This document shows positions 45,916-53,587 of a stretch of DNA of 57,077 nt, in pieces (position 1 is the stretch's first letter; the number at the start of each line of letters is the position of its first letter). This DNA is from a virus: positions 1-57,077 of IMG/VR virus record IMGVR_UViG_3300025000_000123; one strand, written 5' to 3'. A model generated the notes under the pieces. That model saw only the letters and a program-made list of their open reading frames with translations, searched no databases and was not told the origin of the DNA. The translations under genes were made by a program, and so were the position numbers.

Positions 45916-46180
45916 GGGATCGAGACGATCCCGAAATGATGCCTGTTAGATCCCCCACGTAATGCAGCAGCTTTGTACGGGGCGGACAAGGCCAGCGCTG
46001 CAGATAATGCCTCTGGCGCCAGATATGGCCCACCATCGTTACGTCTGGTCCGACTCCGATCCGAAGCTCGAGCGCCCGGTGAACCTGGCCGCGGGTCAGT
46101 GGCATCGGCGCGAAAAGGGCCTCGAGTTGTGCCGGGCAATGTGAGGTGTGCTCTCTGCTGGTGTCGGGGGTGCAGATCAT
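45896..46180 (-). CDS. Hypothetical protein (94 aa); 3' end probably continues in another frame
   Basis: ATGA coupling to the stop of the YkgJ-like gene. Both CTCGAG sites are read as Leu-Glu. Confidence 0.45.
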   Translation of the reverse strand: MICTPDTSREHTSHCPAQLEALFAPMPLTRGQVHRALELRIGVGPDVTMVGHIWRQRHYLQRWPCPPRTKLLHYVGDLTGIISGSSRSLVGRGL

Positions 46181-46485
46181 CTGTTATCCCTCCCCCGTTT
46201 CCACACCGCCTCAACACCCGCAGCCCGCGCCTGTTTCCGCGTCATGTGCATGTGAACGTTGCGGCAGTCCATCTCCCGGCACATCTGCGGCTTGCTGTCG
46301 TGGATCGTACAGCGCCGCTCCGCGAGATAGACACAGCCGCCCGAGGGCTTGTGCGCCAAGGCGAGCGCCCCGCGGAGATACGGGTGAGCCATCGTCTGAT
46401 ACTGCGCCGGGTCGTCTCCAGGCAGCAGCCGGACAAGGTCCCGGTCACAGCACAGCGTGCAGCCGTTGCATGATACTGCGCTCAT
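46177..46485 (-). CDS. YkgJ-family cysteine-cluster (zinc/iron-chelating) protein
   Basis: CNGCTLCC (CxxCxxCC) at the N-terminus and GGCVYL...RCTIH...PQMCR downstream. Confidence 0.7.
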   Translation of the reverse strand: MSAVSCNGCTLCCDRDLVRLLPGDDPAQYQTMAHPYLRGALALAHKPSGGCVYLAERRCTIHDSKPQMCREMDCRNVHMHMTRKQARAAGVEAVWKRGRDNR

Positions 46486-46874
46486 GCCCGCCTCCTCGCC
46501 CGCGCCTTCTGACTCCGCTCCGTGGGTCTCGGAGCAGACACCGCCTCAATGTGCCTGGCTATCGTGAGTCGCCGTTCCGGTCGTTGCTCCCGGAACAGCT
46601 CGAGAAATCGAGGCCTGTCCACGTACCAACTCCGGCCGACCTTCACCGCCGCCTCCGAGAACGGTGGCGACTGGATCAGCCCTCGCACAACACGCGCTGT
46701 CGGCTTCTGCCCGTGCACATCGTCCCACTCGCTGAGCGCCACCAGGTCGGGCACGGCTGGATGTGCCGCGGGGATGGCCTCTGGGGTGTCGCTGTCCAGC
46801 AGCGACTGCCACAGCGCGATCTCGCGCCGCAGACTTTCCACGTGGGCCTCAACTATCGCTTTTTCAATGCGCAT
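46482..46874 (-). CDS. Hypothetical protein (130 aa)
   Basis: GGGAGG RBS. ATGA coupling downstream. Confidence 0.55.
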   Translation of the reverse strand: MRIEKAIVEAHVESLRREIALWQSLLDSDTPEAIPAAHPAVPDLVALSEWDDVHGQKPTARVVRGLIQSPPFSEAAVKVGRSWYVDRPRFLELFREQRPERRLTIARHIEAVSAPRPTERSQKARARRRA

Positions 46875-47058
46875 CTTTACCTCCCATATAACGGGTCACG
46901 CCCGCCAACAGCCGCTCATACTGCACGCGCAGACTCAGCCGTCTGATCCGGTCTTTTGCCTGGCGCTGCTCCTGTTCCGTCGCCCCGTGCCGCTTCATCA
47001 GATTCTCTGTCTGCCTCGCCAACTCGAGGCGCCGCTCGCTCCACTCAACCTGTTTCAT
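46864..47058 (-). CDS. Hypothetical coiled-coil protein (64 aa)
   Basis: GAGGAGGAG RBS. ATGA coupling to the DnaB stop. Confidence 0.5.
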   Translation of the reverse strand: MKQVEWSERRLELARQTENLMKRHGATEQEQRQAKDRIRRLSLRVQYERLLAGVTRYMGGKDAH

Positions 47059-48509
47059 GGCTCCTCCTCATACTCGATCGGCTGCCCGTGCCCGGTGCCG
47101 TAAATGGGCGCGTCAATTGGCCGGTCTACCTTGCGCAGTCGCGTGACCGGCTCGGACTCTTCCGAGACCTCCCCCCAGTAGCCCCACTCGCCAAAGAATG
47201 AGACGGGAACAACGCCAGTCGGACCGGACGCATTCTTCGTGATGATCATCTTCGCCGCTCGTCTTCGTTCCTCTGACATATCCTCGAGCTCTTCCTTGCT
47301 GGCATCTGATACAGCCCGGTGTAGTTGGATGACCGCCTCAGCATCCTGCTCGAGGTCGCCTGAGCCTTTGAGTTTGTGATTTCGCCCGATCATCGCGACT
47401 CCGACACATGGGATCCCAAACTCCTGGGCGAGTTCGGCCAGTCCATTGGAGGCAGCGGACACCCGGTCGTAGATCCCTTTGGCGCCGGGAACGCGGACAC
47501 GCTGGATGTAGTCCAGGACGATCAGTCCGATGGGGCGCTGGTCAAGTTCGCGCTTGAGGGTCCGCCGCATCTCTGCAAGCGTGTACGACGGCGGTATCCT
47601 TCTTAGCCGATGAGCCGGTGTGCCCTTTGGCGGACTTCCAGAGGCGTCAATTAACATGCGCCCCCTCATCACCTGTTCGGCTGTCTGAATCGCCCGGTAT
47701 TGGGCATCCGGATCCAGATCCACCCACCGCTCAAAGCCAGTCCGCTCAATCTTCCCCCAACAGCAGATCGCACGGCTGACCACGTCTTCTCGAGCCATCT
47801 CGAGCGAAAACAGGAGCACCCAGATTTGGAGTTTTAAAGCCGCCCAGAGCGCCGTCTGGACTGCGGCGGCTGTCTTGCCCACACCCGTGGGCGCCGCGAG
47901 CCAGTAGGGGCGCTTGCCGGCCGTCCAGCCGCCGTTTAAGAGTCGGTCCAAGGATGGCCACCCCGTCGGGATTGCTCGTCCGCCGTACTCCGCCGTCATC
48001 GCGTCCTTGGCATCGAAAAGTTCCACCACTCCCTGCTCAAGGGTCACAACCGATGTTGCGACCAGAGGCGCTACGGCCAGGTCCTGAAGGCGTCTGGCGC
48101 GTTCCTCAAGCCCTGACTCGTCGGAATCCTCTCGAGCCGCGTGGCTCAACTCGTCGGCTGCCTCGATCACCTGCCTCCGCCGATACTCCGCCATCACGAG
48201 CGCCGCATAATCCCGGGCGCCGGTCGATACCGGCACCGCCTCACCCAGTGCGCTGATTGCGGAGATTCCGCCGACGTCTGGCAGTTGGCCGCGTTTTTCG
48301 AGCTCGCCTGAGACTGTCAGGAAGTCGATCGAAGTGCCTACTGCTCGAAGCGCCAAGATCGCAGCAAAGATTTTCCGGTGCGCCTCGAGGTAAAACTGCT
48401 CTGGCAATAAATCCCCTATCTGGTCCAGGACAGACTCGTCGATCAGAGCGCAGCCAAGCACCGCCCTCTCTGCCTCGATATTCGAGCGCTCCCGCTTTTG
48501 CCGCGTCAT
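47055..48509 (-). CDS. dnaB: Replicative DNA helicase, DnaB family
   Basis: N-terminal ERAVLGCALID...HRKIFAAI DnaB signature. Walker A APTGVGKT. GGGAGG RBS before ATG 48509. Confidence 0.9.
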   Translation of the reverse strand: MTRQKRERSNIEAERAVLGCALIDESVLDQIGDLLPEQFYLEAHRKIFAAILALRAVGTSIDFLTVSGELEKRGQLPDVGGISAISALGEAVPVSTGARDYAALVMAEYRRRQVIEAADELSHAAREDSDESGLEERARRLQDLAVAPLVATSVVTLEQGVVELFDAKDAMTAEYGGRAIPTGWPSLDRLLNGGWTAGKRPYWLAAPTGVGKTAAAVQTALWAALKLQIWVLLFSLEMAREDVVSRAICCWGKIERTGFERWVDLDPDAQYRAIQTAEQVMRGRMLIDASGSPPKGTPAHRLRRIPPSYTLAEMRRTLKRELDQRPIGLIVLDYIQRVRVPGAKGIYDRVSAASNGLAELAQEFGIPCVGVAMIGRNHKLKGSGDLEQDAEAVIQLHRAVSDASKEELEDMSEERRRAAKMIITKNASGPTGVVPVSFFGEWGYWGEVSEESEPVTRLRKVDRPIDAPIYGTGHGQPIEYEEEP

Positions 48510-49297
48510 ACGTCCCCCTCCCACCCCGACCACTGCATTTTCCGACGGTCCGGGCCCTGAATCTCGAGGATCTTCCCCTCGAGCAAAGCAAAGAGCCGGC
48601 CATTGATCGCCCCATCCGAAAAGGCCAAGGCGAGCTTCGCCGGATTCATCTGGCTGGTAAAAAGCGTTTTCTTCCGCCTGCCAGGCAACACCGGGCAGCG
48701 CTCATCGAGAATATCCAAATACTTTTCGGCCAGGTACCTCGTGCCCCGGTCTACCTGGTGCCGCCCGATGTCGTCGATTACCAGGGTCTGGACTTCGCCT
48801 GCCCGAGTCCAGAGGTTCGAATCACTCTTTCGTCCGAACGCGTCGATCAACTTTGCCTCGGGGAGGAAGAGCACCTCCTCAGGCGGGTTCCTCCGCATGC
48901 AGTCGAGAGCAGCTGCAACCGCCCCGGCCGTTTTGCCGGTGCCTGGAGCGCCGACCACGTAGAGACTGAAATCCCCATCCACCCATCGCCGGAGAACTCG
49001 CAGGAAGCGCTCGTTGTGCCGGTCTGTCTCGTTCCCGCACTGTCGCCAGATGTCCGGCTCGAGAGACAGGCTGTGCAGGTCCTTCGAGATGCCGCAGCCC
49101 TTGAGGTATTGCTCCCTGTCGAGCTTTGCCTGCGCGTCGGCGACCCGCTGATCATGCCGGTCGGTGCAGGTCTGGCAGGGTTCGACGTGGCGATACTCCC
49201 TCGGTTTTCCGCCCGCAAGACCGGGAAGAGTCCCGCTCCTGACCTGGAGCGTCGCGCCACATCCCGGGCATTCGGTTGTTTCGAGTTTCTCATCCAT
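48506..49297 (-). CDS. DnaC/IstB-like helicase-loader ATPase with N-terminal zinc ribbon
   Basis: CPGC...CQTC. Walker A GAPGTGKT. Walker B LVIDDIG. ATGA coupling to dnaB. Confidence 0.8.
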   Translation of the reverse strand: MDEKLETTECPGCGATLQVRSGTLPGLAGGKPREYRHVEPCQTCTDRHDQRVADAQAKLDREQYLKGCGISKDLHSLSLEPDIWRQCGNETDRHNERFLRVLRRWVDGDFSLYVVGAPGTGKTAGAVAAALDCMRRNPPEEVLFLPEAKLIDAFGRKSDSNLWTRAGEVQTLVIDDIGRHQVDRGTRYLAEKYLDILDERCPVLPGRRKKTLFTSQMNPAKLALAFSDGAINGRLFALLEGKILEIQGPDRRKMQWSGWEGDV

Positions 49298-50414
49298 TTT
49301 TGGCGCTCCCCTCTGGGCGCCAACCGAGCGCCTGGTAGTAATCCTCTTCCGTCATTGACGGCCCATTGAGCCGCCCTGTCGGCGTGTATTCCGGCGTCCG
49401 CTGCAGACCCTCGTAATACCGGGGATCGGTGCCCTTCTGTACCCGTTCCTGGCGTTCGTAGGTGTCGATCGCCCGCTGGATCAGACTCATGTTCGCAAAG
49501 AACTTTCGCGGGGTGTGGCTGCCGCTCGAGTAGACCCATTGCCCCTTCGGCTCTGAGCCCATCATCACAATGCCCTTGATCGCCGCCTCCAAGTCGTCCG
49601 CCGTGTAGGGGGTGGCCTGAACCGCGACCATTGCCCGGATGTCTTCCACCTGGATTACCTTCGCCCGCGGGAAAGACTGCCGATAGGTATCCCAGAGGGC
49701 GACCACTCCCGGGAGCCCGTCCTGCTCCTTTGGCTTGAGTTTCGGTATTAGCTCGAGCCACATCTGAGCGTCCTCTCTTCCGCTGAGGCAGGTAGGGACC
49801 TGCTCAGGTTCTGGTGGGATGTTTTTTCGTCTGGAGGTTTTTGATTTTTCCTCCGACGAGGTTTCCACCCCCCGGGGGGTAGGGGGGTCTTCTTTTTGTA
49901 CCTGTAACTGTACCTGTATGTGTTCTTCTGTACCTGTAGATCTGTAGGAAGAATTGATCGCGCGCGCGAGGGATCGTCGTGGATCTTTTTTGGATCTTTC
50001 TTGGTCCGTTCTTGGATCGATCGTGGTCTTTTCTTGGTCCGTTCTTGGATCGATCTGCTCCTCTGTTTCCGCGGTAGTATCGGATCCGCTGGTCTTTTCT
50101 TGGTCCGTTCTTGGATCGATCGTGGTCTTTTCTTGGTCCGTTCTTGGTCTTTTCTTGGATCGGTTTTGGATCGATCTTGGTCCGCTATCCTTTTTCGTCT
50201 CGTCCTGATAGTCATTCATCAGGCGCCTTACCTTGCCCCTGCTCCAGTGCCAGCGGTCAGCAAGACGGCGTTCCGTCCAGAAATCGAGCTCGCCAGCAGT
50301 GGCCATAAAGCCGAACTCAGCCATGGCCACGAACTCAGAGACAGAATCGGTATAGGGCACCTGTTGTAGCAGATGTCGGCGTGCAACAGAGGCTGGCACG
50401 GGATACCATTTCAT
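49290..50414 (-). CDS. Replication initiator (lambda O-like arrangement) with an 11-aa repeat linker encoded by the iterons
   Basis: Lies directly upstream of the loader and helicase. N-terminal winged-helix-like region. Central repeats IDPRTDQEKTT. Confidence 0.55.
   Translation of the reverse strand: MKWYPVPASVARRHLLQQVPYTDSVSEFVAMAEFGFMATAGELDFWTERRLADRWHWSRGKVRRLMNDYQDETKKDSGPRSIQNRSKKRPRTDQEKTTIDPRTDQEKTSGSDTTAETEEQIDPRTDQEKTTIDPRTDQERSKKDPRRSLARAINSSYRSTGTEEHIQVQLQVQKEDPPTPRGVETSSEEKSKTSRRKNIPPEPEQVPTCLSGREDAQMWLELIPKLKPKEQDGLPGVVALWDTYRQSFPRAKVIQVEDIRAMVAVQATPYTADDLEAAIKGIVMMGSEPKGQWVYSSGSHTPRKFFANMSLIQRAIDTYERQERVQKGTDPRYYEGLQRTPEYTPTGRLNGPSMTEEDYYQALGWRPEGSAKNG
49999..50183. repeat. 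Origin-like iterons: TCTTGGTCCGTTCTTGGATCGATC at 49999, 50032 and 50098, plus a degenerate copy from 50131 (33-bp phasing)
   Basis: Read directly. The flanking 10-mer TGTACCTGTA occurs 3 times (49897, 49909, 49929), and a C6G6 palindrome lies at 49868-49879. Confidence 0.7.
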
Positions 50415-51256
50415 TCAGACCTCCGAAACCAGGGCAACAGAGCTTCACGCAATACCGGAAGAGCATGGAACCATTCCCCTTCTGCGCGATACTCAGCAAA
50501 CCTCACATGAAGGTTTCTTTCGTCCTCCACGGTGCCAGGCCGCGTTGCCAAGAGAGTCAGGCGAATAGGAGATGATGTTTGAAGTTCCTTGAGTCGGACG
50601 GCAGGATCTGAGGAATATCCAACTTTGATAAAGTCCCCAGACTCAATGGCATATACAAATCCCGGCTTTATCTGGCGGGGAATTCGCGGGTTATATAATC
50701 CAAAATGCTCCAAGAGTGCTTCGGCGGTGATATAGGAGCCATCACGACGGGCTAATGCATACCAAACATTTCCCAGGAGCCGAAAATACCAGGCCCCGTC
50801 CATAAACCTTACTTCCTCAATTTGAGGGAATTGGATCATCAACTTGGCCCCTGCACTTCGGGGACCGTTCGACGTGCTGTATTTCGAGGTAGGCACATCA
50901 CCGGTGATGAAGCATTGACATGATTGACATTCAAAGCCTGTAGGCGCCAGATTTGCCAAATAGTTGAAGCCTCCGACTATTTGCGCGGCATTGACCAATG
51001 TAGATACGTCCAGCATTTCGCCGGCACATATTCCACATTCTGTGCGCCGTATATTTCGCTTGGCTTCAGGAATCGCATACTCCAACTCGAGAACTTGACG
51101 GCGGGCTGCTTGAAGGGAATCCTCCAATGCGCCAACTAGATACCTGTAGGCTGAAAAGGCTTGGAACTTGACAGCGTTGGGCACCCGTTCCGTTTCTGCC
51201 GGAATTGTCGCGTCCGTTGTGTCATTTAGATGGCTCGTTGGATATTCTTCTGACAC
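50411..51256 (-). CDS. T5orf172 (GIY-YIG-related) domain protein with N-terminal Cys-cluster region; lower GC than its neighbours
   Basis: C-terminal GFVYAIESGDFIKVGYSSDPAVRLKELQ...ERNLHVRFAEYRAEGEWFH matches the T5orf172/MUG113 pattern. GTG 51256 lies 6 nt after GGAGG. Confidence 0.7.
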   Translation of the reverse strand: MSEEYPTSHLNDTTDATIPAETERVPNAVKFQAFSAYRYLVGALEDSLQAARRQVLELEYAIPEAKRNIRRTECGICAGEMLDVSTLVNAAQIVGGFNYLANLAPTGFECQSCQCFITGDVPTSKYSTSNGPRSAGAKLMIQFPQIEEVRFMDGAWYFRLLGNVWYALARRDGSYITAEALLEHFGLYNPRIPRQIKPGFVYAIESGDFIKVGYSSDPAVRLKELQTSSPIRLTLLATRPGTVEDERNLHVRFAEYRAEGEWFHALPVLREALLPWFRRSE

Positions 51257-51316
51257 TCGCACCTCCGTAGCAGCAGCAGCGATACAATGCGGATCTATTG
51301 GAGGTATGAGGGATGC

Positions 51317-51345
51317 TTGACAGGCAGGTGCGCCTGTGGTAGGTT
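51317..51345 (+). promoter_or_regulatory. Candidate sigma70-type promoter TTGACA-17-TAGGTT
   Basis: Perfect -35, 17-nt spacer containing the inverted repeat ACAGGC/GCCTGT, weak -10. Confidence 0.3.
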
Positions 51346-51367
51346 ATCCTCATGCCTCGTTGCTTTT

Positions 51368-51411
51368 AACCGCCGATCCTCACTCGCCAAAGGGGGTCGG
51401 CGGTTTTCATT
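51368..51411 (+). terminator. Intrinsic-terminator-like hairpin (14-bp stem incl. 2 G-U pairs, 10-nt loop) followed by TTTTCATT
   Basis: AACCGCCGATCCTC / GGGGGTCGGCGGTT. The U-tract exists only on the plus strand. Confidence 0.45.
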
Positions 51412-51432
51412 CCGCCTGATCGGCGGACCTCA

Positions 51433-51906
51433 TCAGAGTCTACCAGCCGACCGGGCTGGCGTCAACATTTCGCCACGTGGCCATTCTCGATTTCCAGCCA
51501 CCGTTTCAGCCACCGTTGCCCATGCCGGACGAAGCTGGATCGCCGTCGGACCCGTCGGCACGGGCTCGAGTGCGGTCCACGGCTCATACTCGAGCGGTGC
51601 CCGCAGCATCAGGCGCTGACCCGGTGGCTCGGCCAGGAATCCGCCATCGGGGCAGAGAGCCGTGACCACGATCAGCCGGTCATTGACTCGGTACCACGCG
51701 CCGACCATGGGCACGGGCAGAGGGTCCACCGGCGTCAATTGGTACCACGGCGGCACGCGGACCGGTGCCGGGATCTTGCGCTTCCGGCTGCTCGGCACGA
51801 TCCGCCGGACCATCACCGCGCCGTCGTGGTCACGGCCGACGACCTCCACGATCGGACCCGCGGGAGTGTGGCATGGGCAGAATTTCGGGACACGGTCGGC
51901 GTGCAT
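51433..51906 (-). CDS. Hypothetical protein (157 aa)
   Basis: AGGAGG RBS before ATG 51906. Confidence 0.55.
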   Translation of the reverse strand: MHADRVPKFCPCHTPAGPIVEVVGRDHDGAVMVRRIVPSSRKRKIPAPVRVPPWYQLTPVDPLPVPMVGAWYRVNDRLIVVTALCPDGGFLAEPPGQRLMLRAPLEYEPWTALEPVPTGPTAIQLRPAWATVAETVAGNREWPRGEMLTPARSAGRL

Positions 51907-51914
51907 AAGGCCTC

Positions 51915-52745
51915 CTAATCAACTGGTACTGTTCCCCTTACGGCTTCCGGTGGTGGCGCCCGCATCCACCGCCCATAGTGCCACGGGGCCAACTCCCAGG
52001 GCCGGACGTGCAGAACCTCCGCCACGCGCTCGAGCAGTGACGTCCAGTCCCTCCCCGGGGAGACGGCCTCGAGGATTTCCGCCCGGGTAGCGTCCACTCG
52101 GCGCGCTAGAATCTGGATTGTGACCTCGGCAGCCACCAGTGCCGAGGCCAGTCTCACGCCGTAGCACCTCAGTGGCTGCCAGACCAGGTCAGCAGACGGA
52201 GCTGGTGTCTCTGCCCGGACGATTTGAGGCGCATTGCGACGTCTGCCGGCTGTTCGCATATTGCCTATCCGGCCTTGCTCAGCGCCCGCTGGCTGAGCGA
52301 TCGACACCCCAGGACGCGCCGTCGGCTGGCCCGGTTCCGGAATAGCGATTAAAGGCCCGCCAATGGACATATCCACAGGTGCCTGTGGACAACTCTCATC
52401 CGGCCTTGAGCCTGTGGATAACCCTGTGGATAACTCCTGGAGACCCGGGTAAAGTTCTACCCGGCCCCACGCCGGACCCCAGGCATCGACCATCAGTCCG
52501 TCTCGCAAGGCGACGATTACAAGGGCAAGCGCCGGCTCACTCCTCAGGACCTCGAGGTCTGTTTCTGTCTTAAGGCGAGCTCGCAAGGCGAGCATGCGCT
52601 TCGTGCCGAGGCGGACGGACTTCCGCTCGAGGTAGTACCGGAGCACCTCCGGCTTTATTCGCCGGCATAGGGCCAGCTCTTCCTCTGGGGTCAATTGAGC
52701 GGGCCCCAGGGACACGTCCACATCTGCTGAACTTTGCTGCTGCAT
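51915..52745 (-). CDS. Two-domain hypothetical protein (276 aa) with a possible C-terminal HTH; its linker carries the DnaA-box-like cluster
   Basis: GGAG RBS before ATG 52745. Occupies the cII-like position between the Cro-like and replication genes. Confidence 0.5.
   Translation of the reverse strand: MQQQSSADVDVSLGPAQLTPEEELALCRRIKPEVLRYYLERKSVRLGTKRMLALRARLKTETDLEVLRSEPALALVIVALRDGLMVDAWGPAWGRVELYPGLQELSTGLSTGSRPDESCPQAPVDMSIGGPLIAIPEPGQPTARPGVSIAQPAGAEQGRIGNMRTAGRRRNAPQIVRAETPAPSADLVWQPLRCYGVRLASALVAAEVTIQILARRVDATRAEILEAVSPGRDWTSLLERVAEVLHVRPWELAPWHYGRWMRAPPPEAVRGTVPVD
52369..52433. promoter_or_regulatory. Cluster of four DnaA-box-like sites: ATATCCACA (52369-52377, plus strand) and TTGTCCACA, TTATCCACA, TTATCCACA on the minus strand (52384-92, 52413-21, 52425-33)
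   Basis: Two perfect matches to the TTATCCACA consensus and two with one mismatch. All four share the longer core CCTGTGGA[T/C]A. Confidence 0.6.
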
Positions 52746-52770
52746 GGTCCACTCCGTACTTCCCGGCCGA

Positions 52771-53049
52771 CTACTGAATGGCTTGTTTCGCTTCGGCGAT
52801 TGCCGAGAGCTCCCGCTTTAACAGCCGGACCTTTTCCAGTTCGGCCAGAAGTCGGTATTCTTCCGCATCCGCCGTGTTCTGCAGCGTCTGCAGGTTTGCC
52901 AGAGGGATTGAGCCCTTTTCCTGCCAGTTAACCCCGGCATTCCGGGACTTCCCCATACACTGAGCAGCATCGCGAGCTGTTCCCCAGCGCTGGACTGCAG
53001 CGATATAAAGTTGCTTCTCGAGCATTTGTTGAACCTCCTGTTTCGCCAT
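52771..53049 (-). CDS. Cro/YdaS-like HTH regulator (92 aa)
   Basis: AAVQRWGTARDAAQCMGKSRNAGVNWQEKGSIP fits the YdaS/Cro-type HTH followed by W...G.IP. First gene left of an AT-rich intergenic region. Confidence 0.65.
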   Translation of the reverse strand: MAKQEVQQMLEKQLYIAAVQRWGTARDAAQCMGKSRNAGVNWQEKGSIPLANLQTLQNTADAEEYRLLAELEKVRLLKRELSAIAEAKQAIQ

Positions 53050-53053
53050 CGAG

Positions 53054-53094
53054 TTGACACCTCATTTTATAACGCCTAATGTTTCGCCGTGCAA
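53054..53094. promoter_or_regulatory. Interdigitated divergent promoter candidates: plus strand TTGACA(53054)-17-TAATGT(53077); minus strand TTGCAC(53094..53089)-17-TATAAA(53071..53066)
   Basis: Read directly. Operator-like repeats TTTATAACGC (53066, 53213) and inverted ACGCCTA/TAGGCGT (53072, 53110). Confidence 0.4.
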
Positions 53095-53354
53095 GCAAAG
53101 ATTTCAGGCTAGGCGTAAATATTTCTGGACAACAGTTAAACGCGGCGCTATATTGATTTTGCGACGTAAGCGAAATCTTTCAGCGGATCGCGAATAGTGT
53201 AGCGGTTTTTGCTTTATAACGCAACTGATGAGGCTTCTTATTACGTCTTTGTGAACGACCGGCCTAAAGTTCCTGTAACCCGGACACGAACTGTCCGGAA
53301 TCTGGCCGGTGAACGTGCTACGCTCGAGGTATCAACCTGAGCTAAGAGGGCAGT

Positions 53355-53510
53355 ATGCTGATAGCCAAGGGCGTAGTCGTGACGGGTCACAGGGTAGTGG
53401 TAGACGGGCAGATTGAGCGGCTCGAGCGCGTGACTGGGCCAGTCGTGGACATGACCAGTGAGCACGCGATTCTCGAGGCTGAGACCGGAGAGCTCAGAAC
53501 TTTCCGGTAA
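53355..53510 (+). CDS. Possible small protein (51 aa), below the track cut-off
   Basis: AAGAGGG RBS. Rightward orientation fits the operon. Exactly antisense to the track ORF 53241..53663, so one of the two is a shadow. Confidence 0.3.
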   Translation: MLIAKGVVVTGHRVVVDGQIERLERVTGPVVDMTSEHAILEAETGELRTFR

Positions 53511-53587
53511 GCAGATGTGGTGGTAGGTGGACTGAAACCCGAACGACCCCAGGGCGTGCAGCAGAAGGACCTGGGCAGGAGGCGGCG

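Noticed and set aside
48257-49369. 370-aa plus-strand ORF opposite the DnaC-like and DnaB genes
   Set aside because: Shadow of motif-bearing minus-strand genes (Walker A/B present on the other strand).
53100-53350. tRNA or other canonical RNA gene in the largest ORF-poor stretch
   Set aside because: No cloverleaf-compatible arms or a GTTCGAATC-type T-loop were seen, only simple hairpins.
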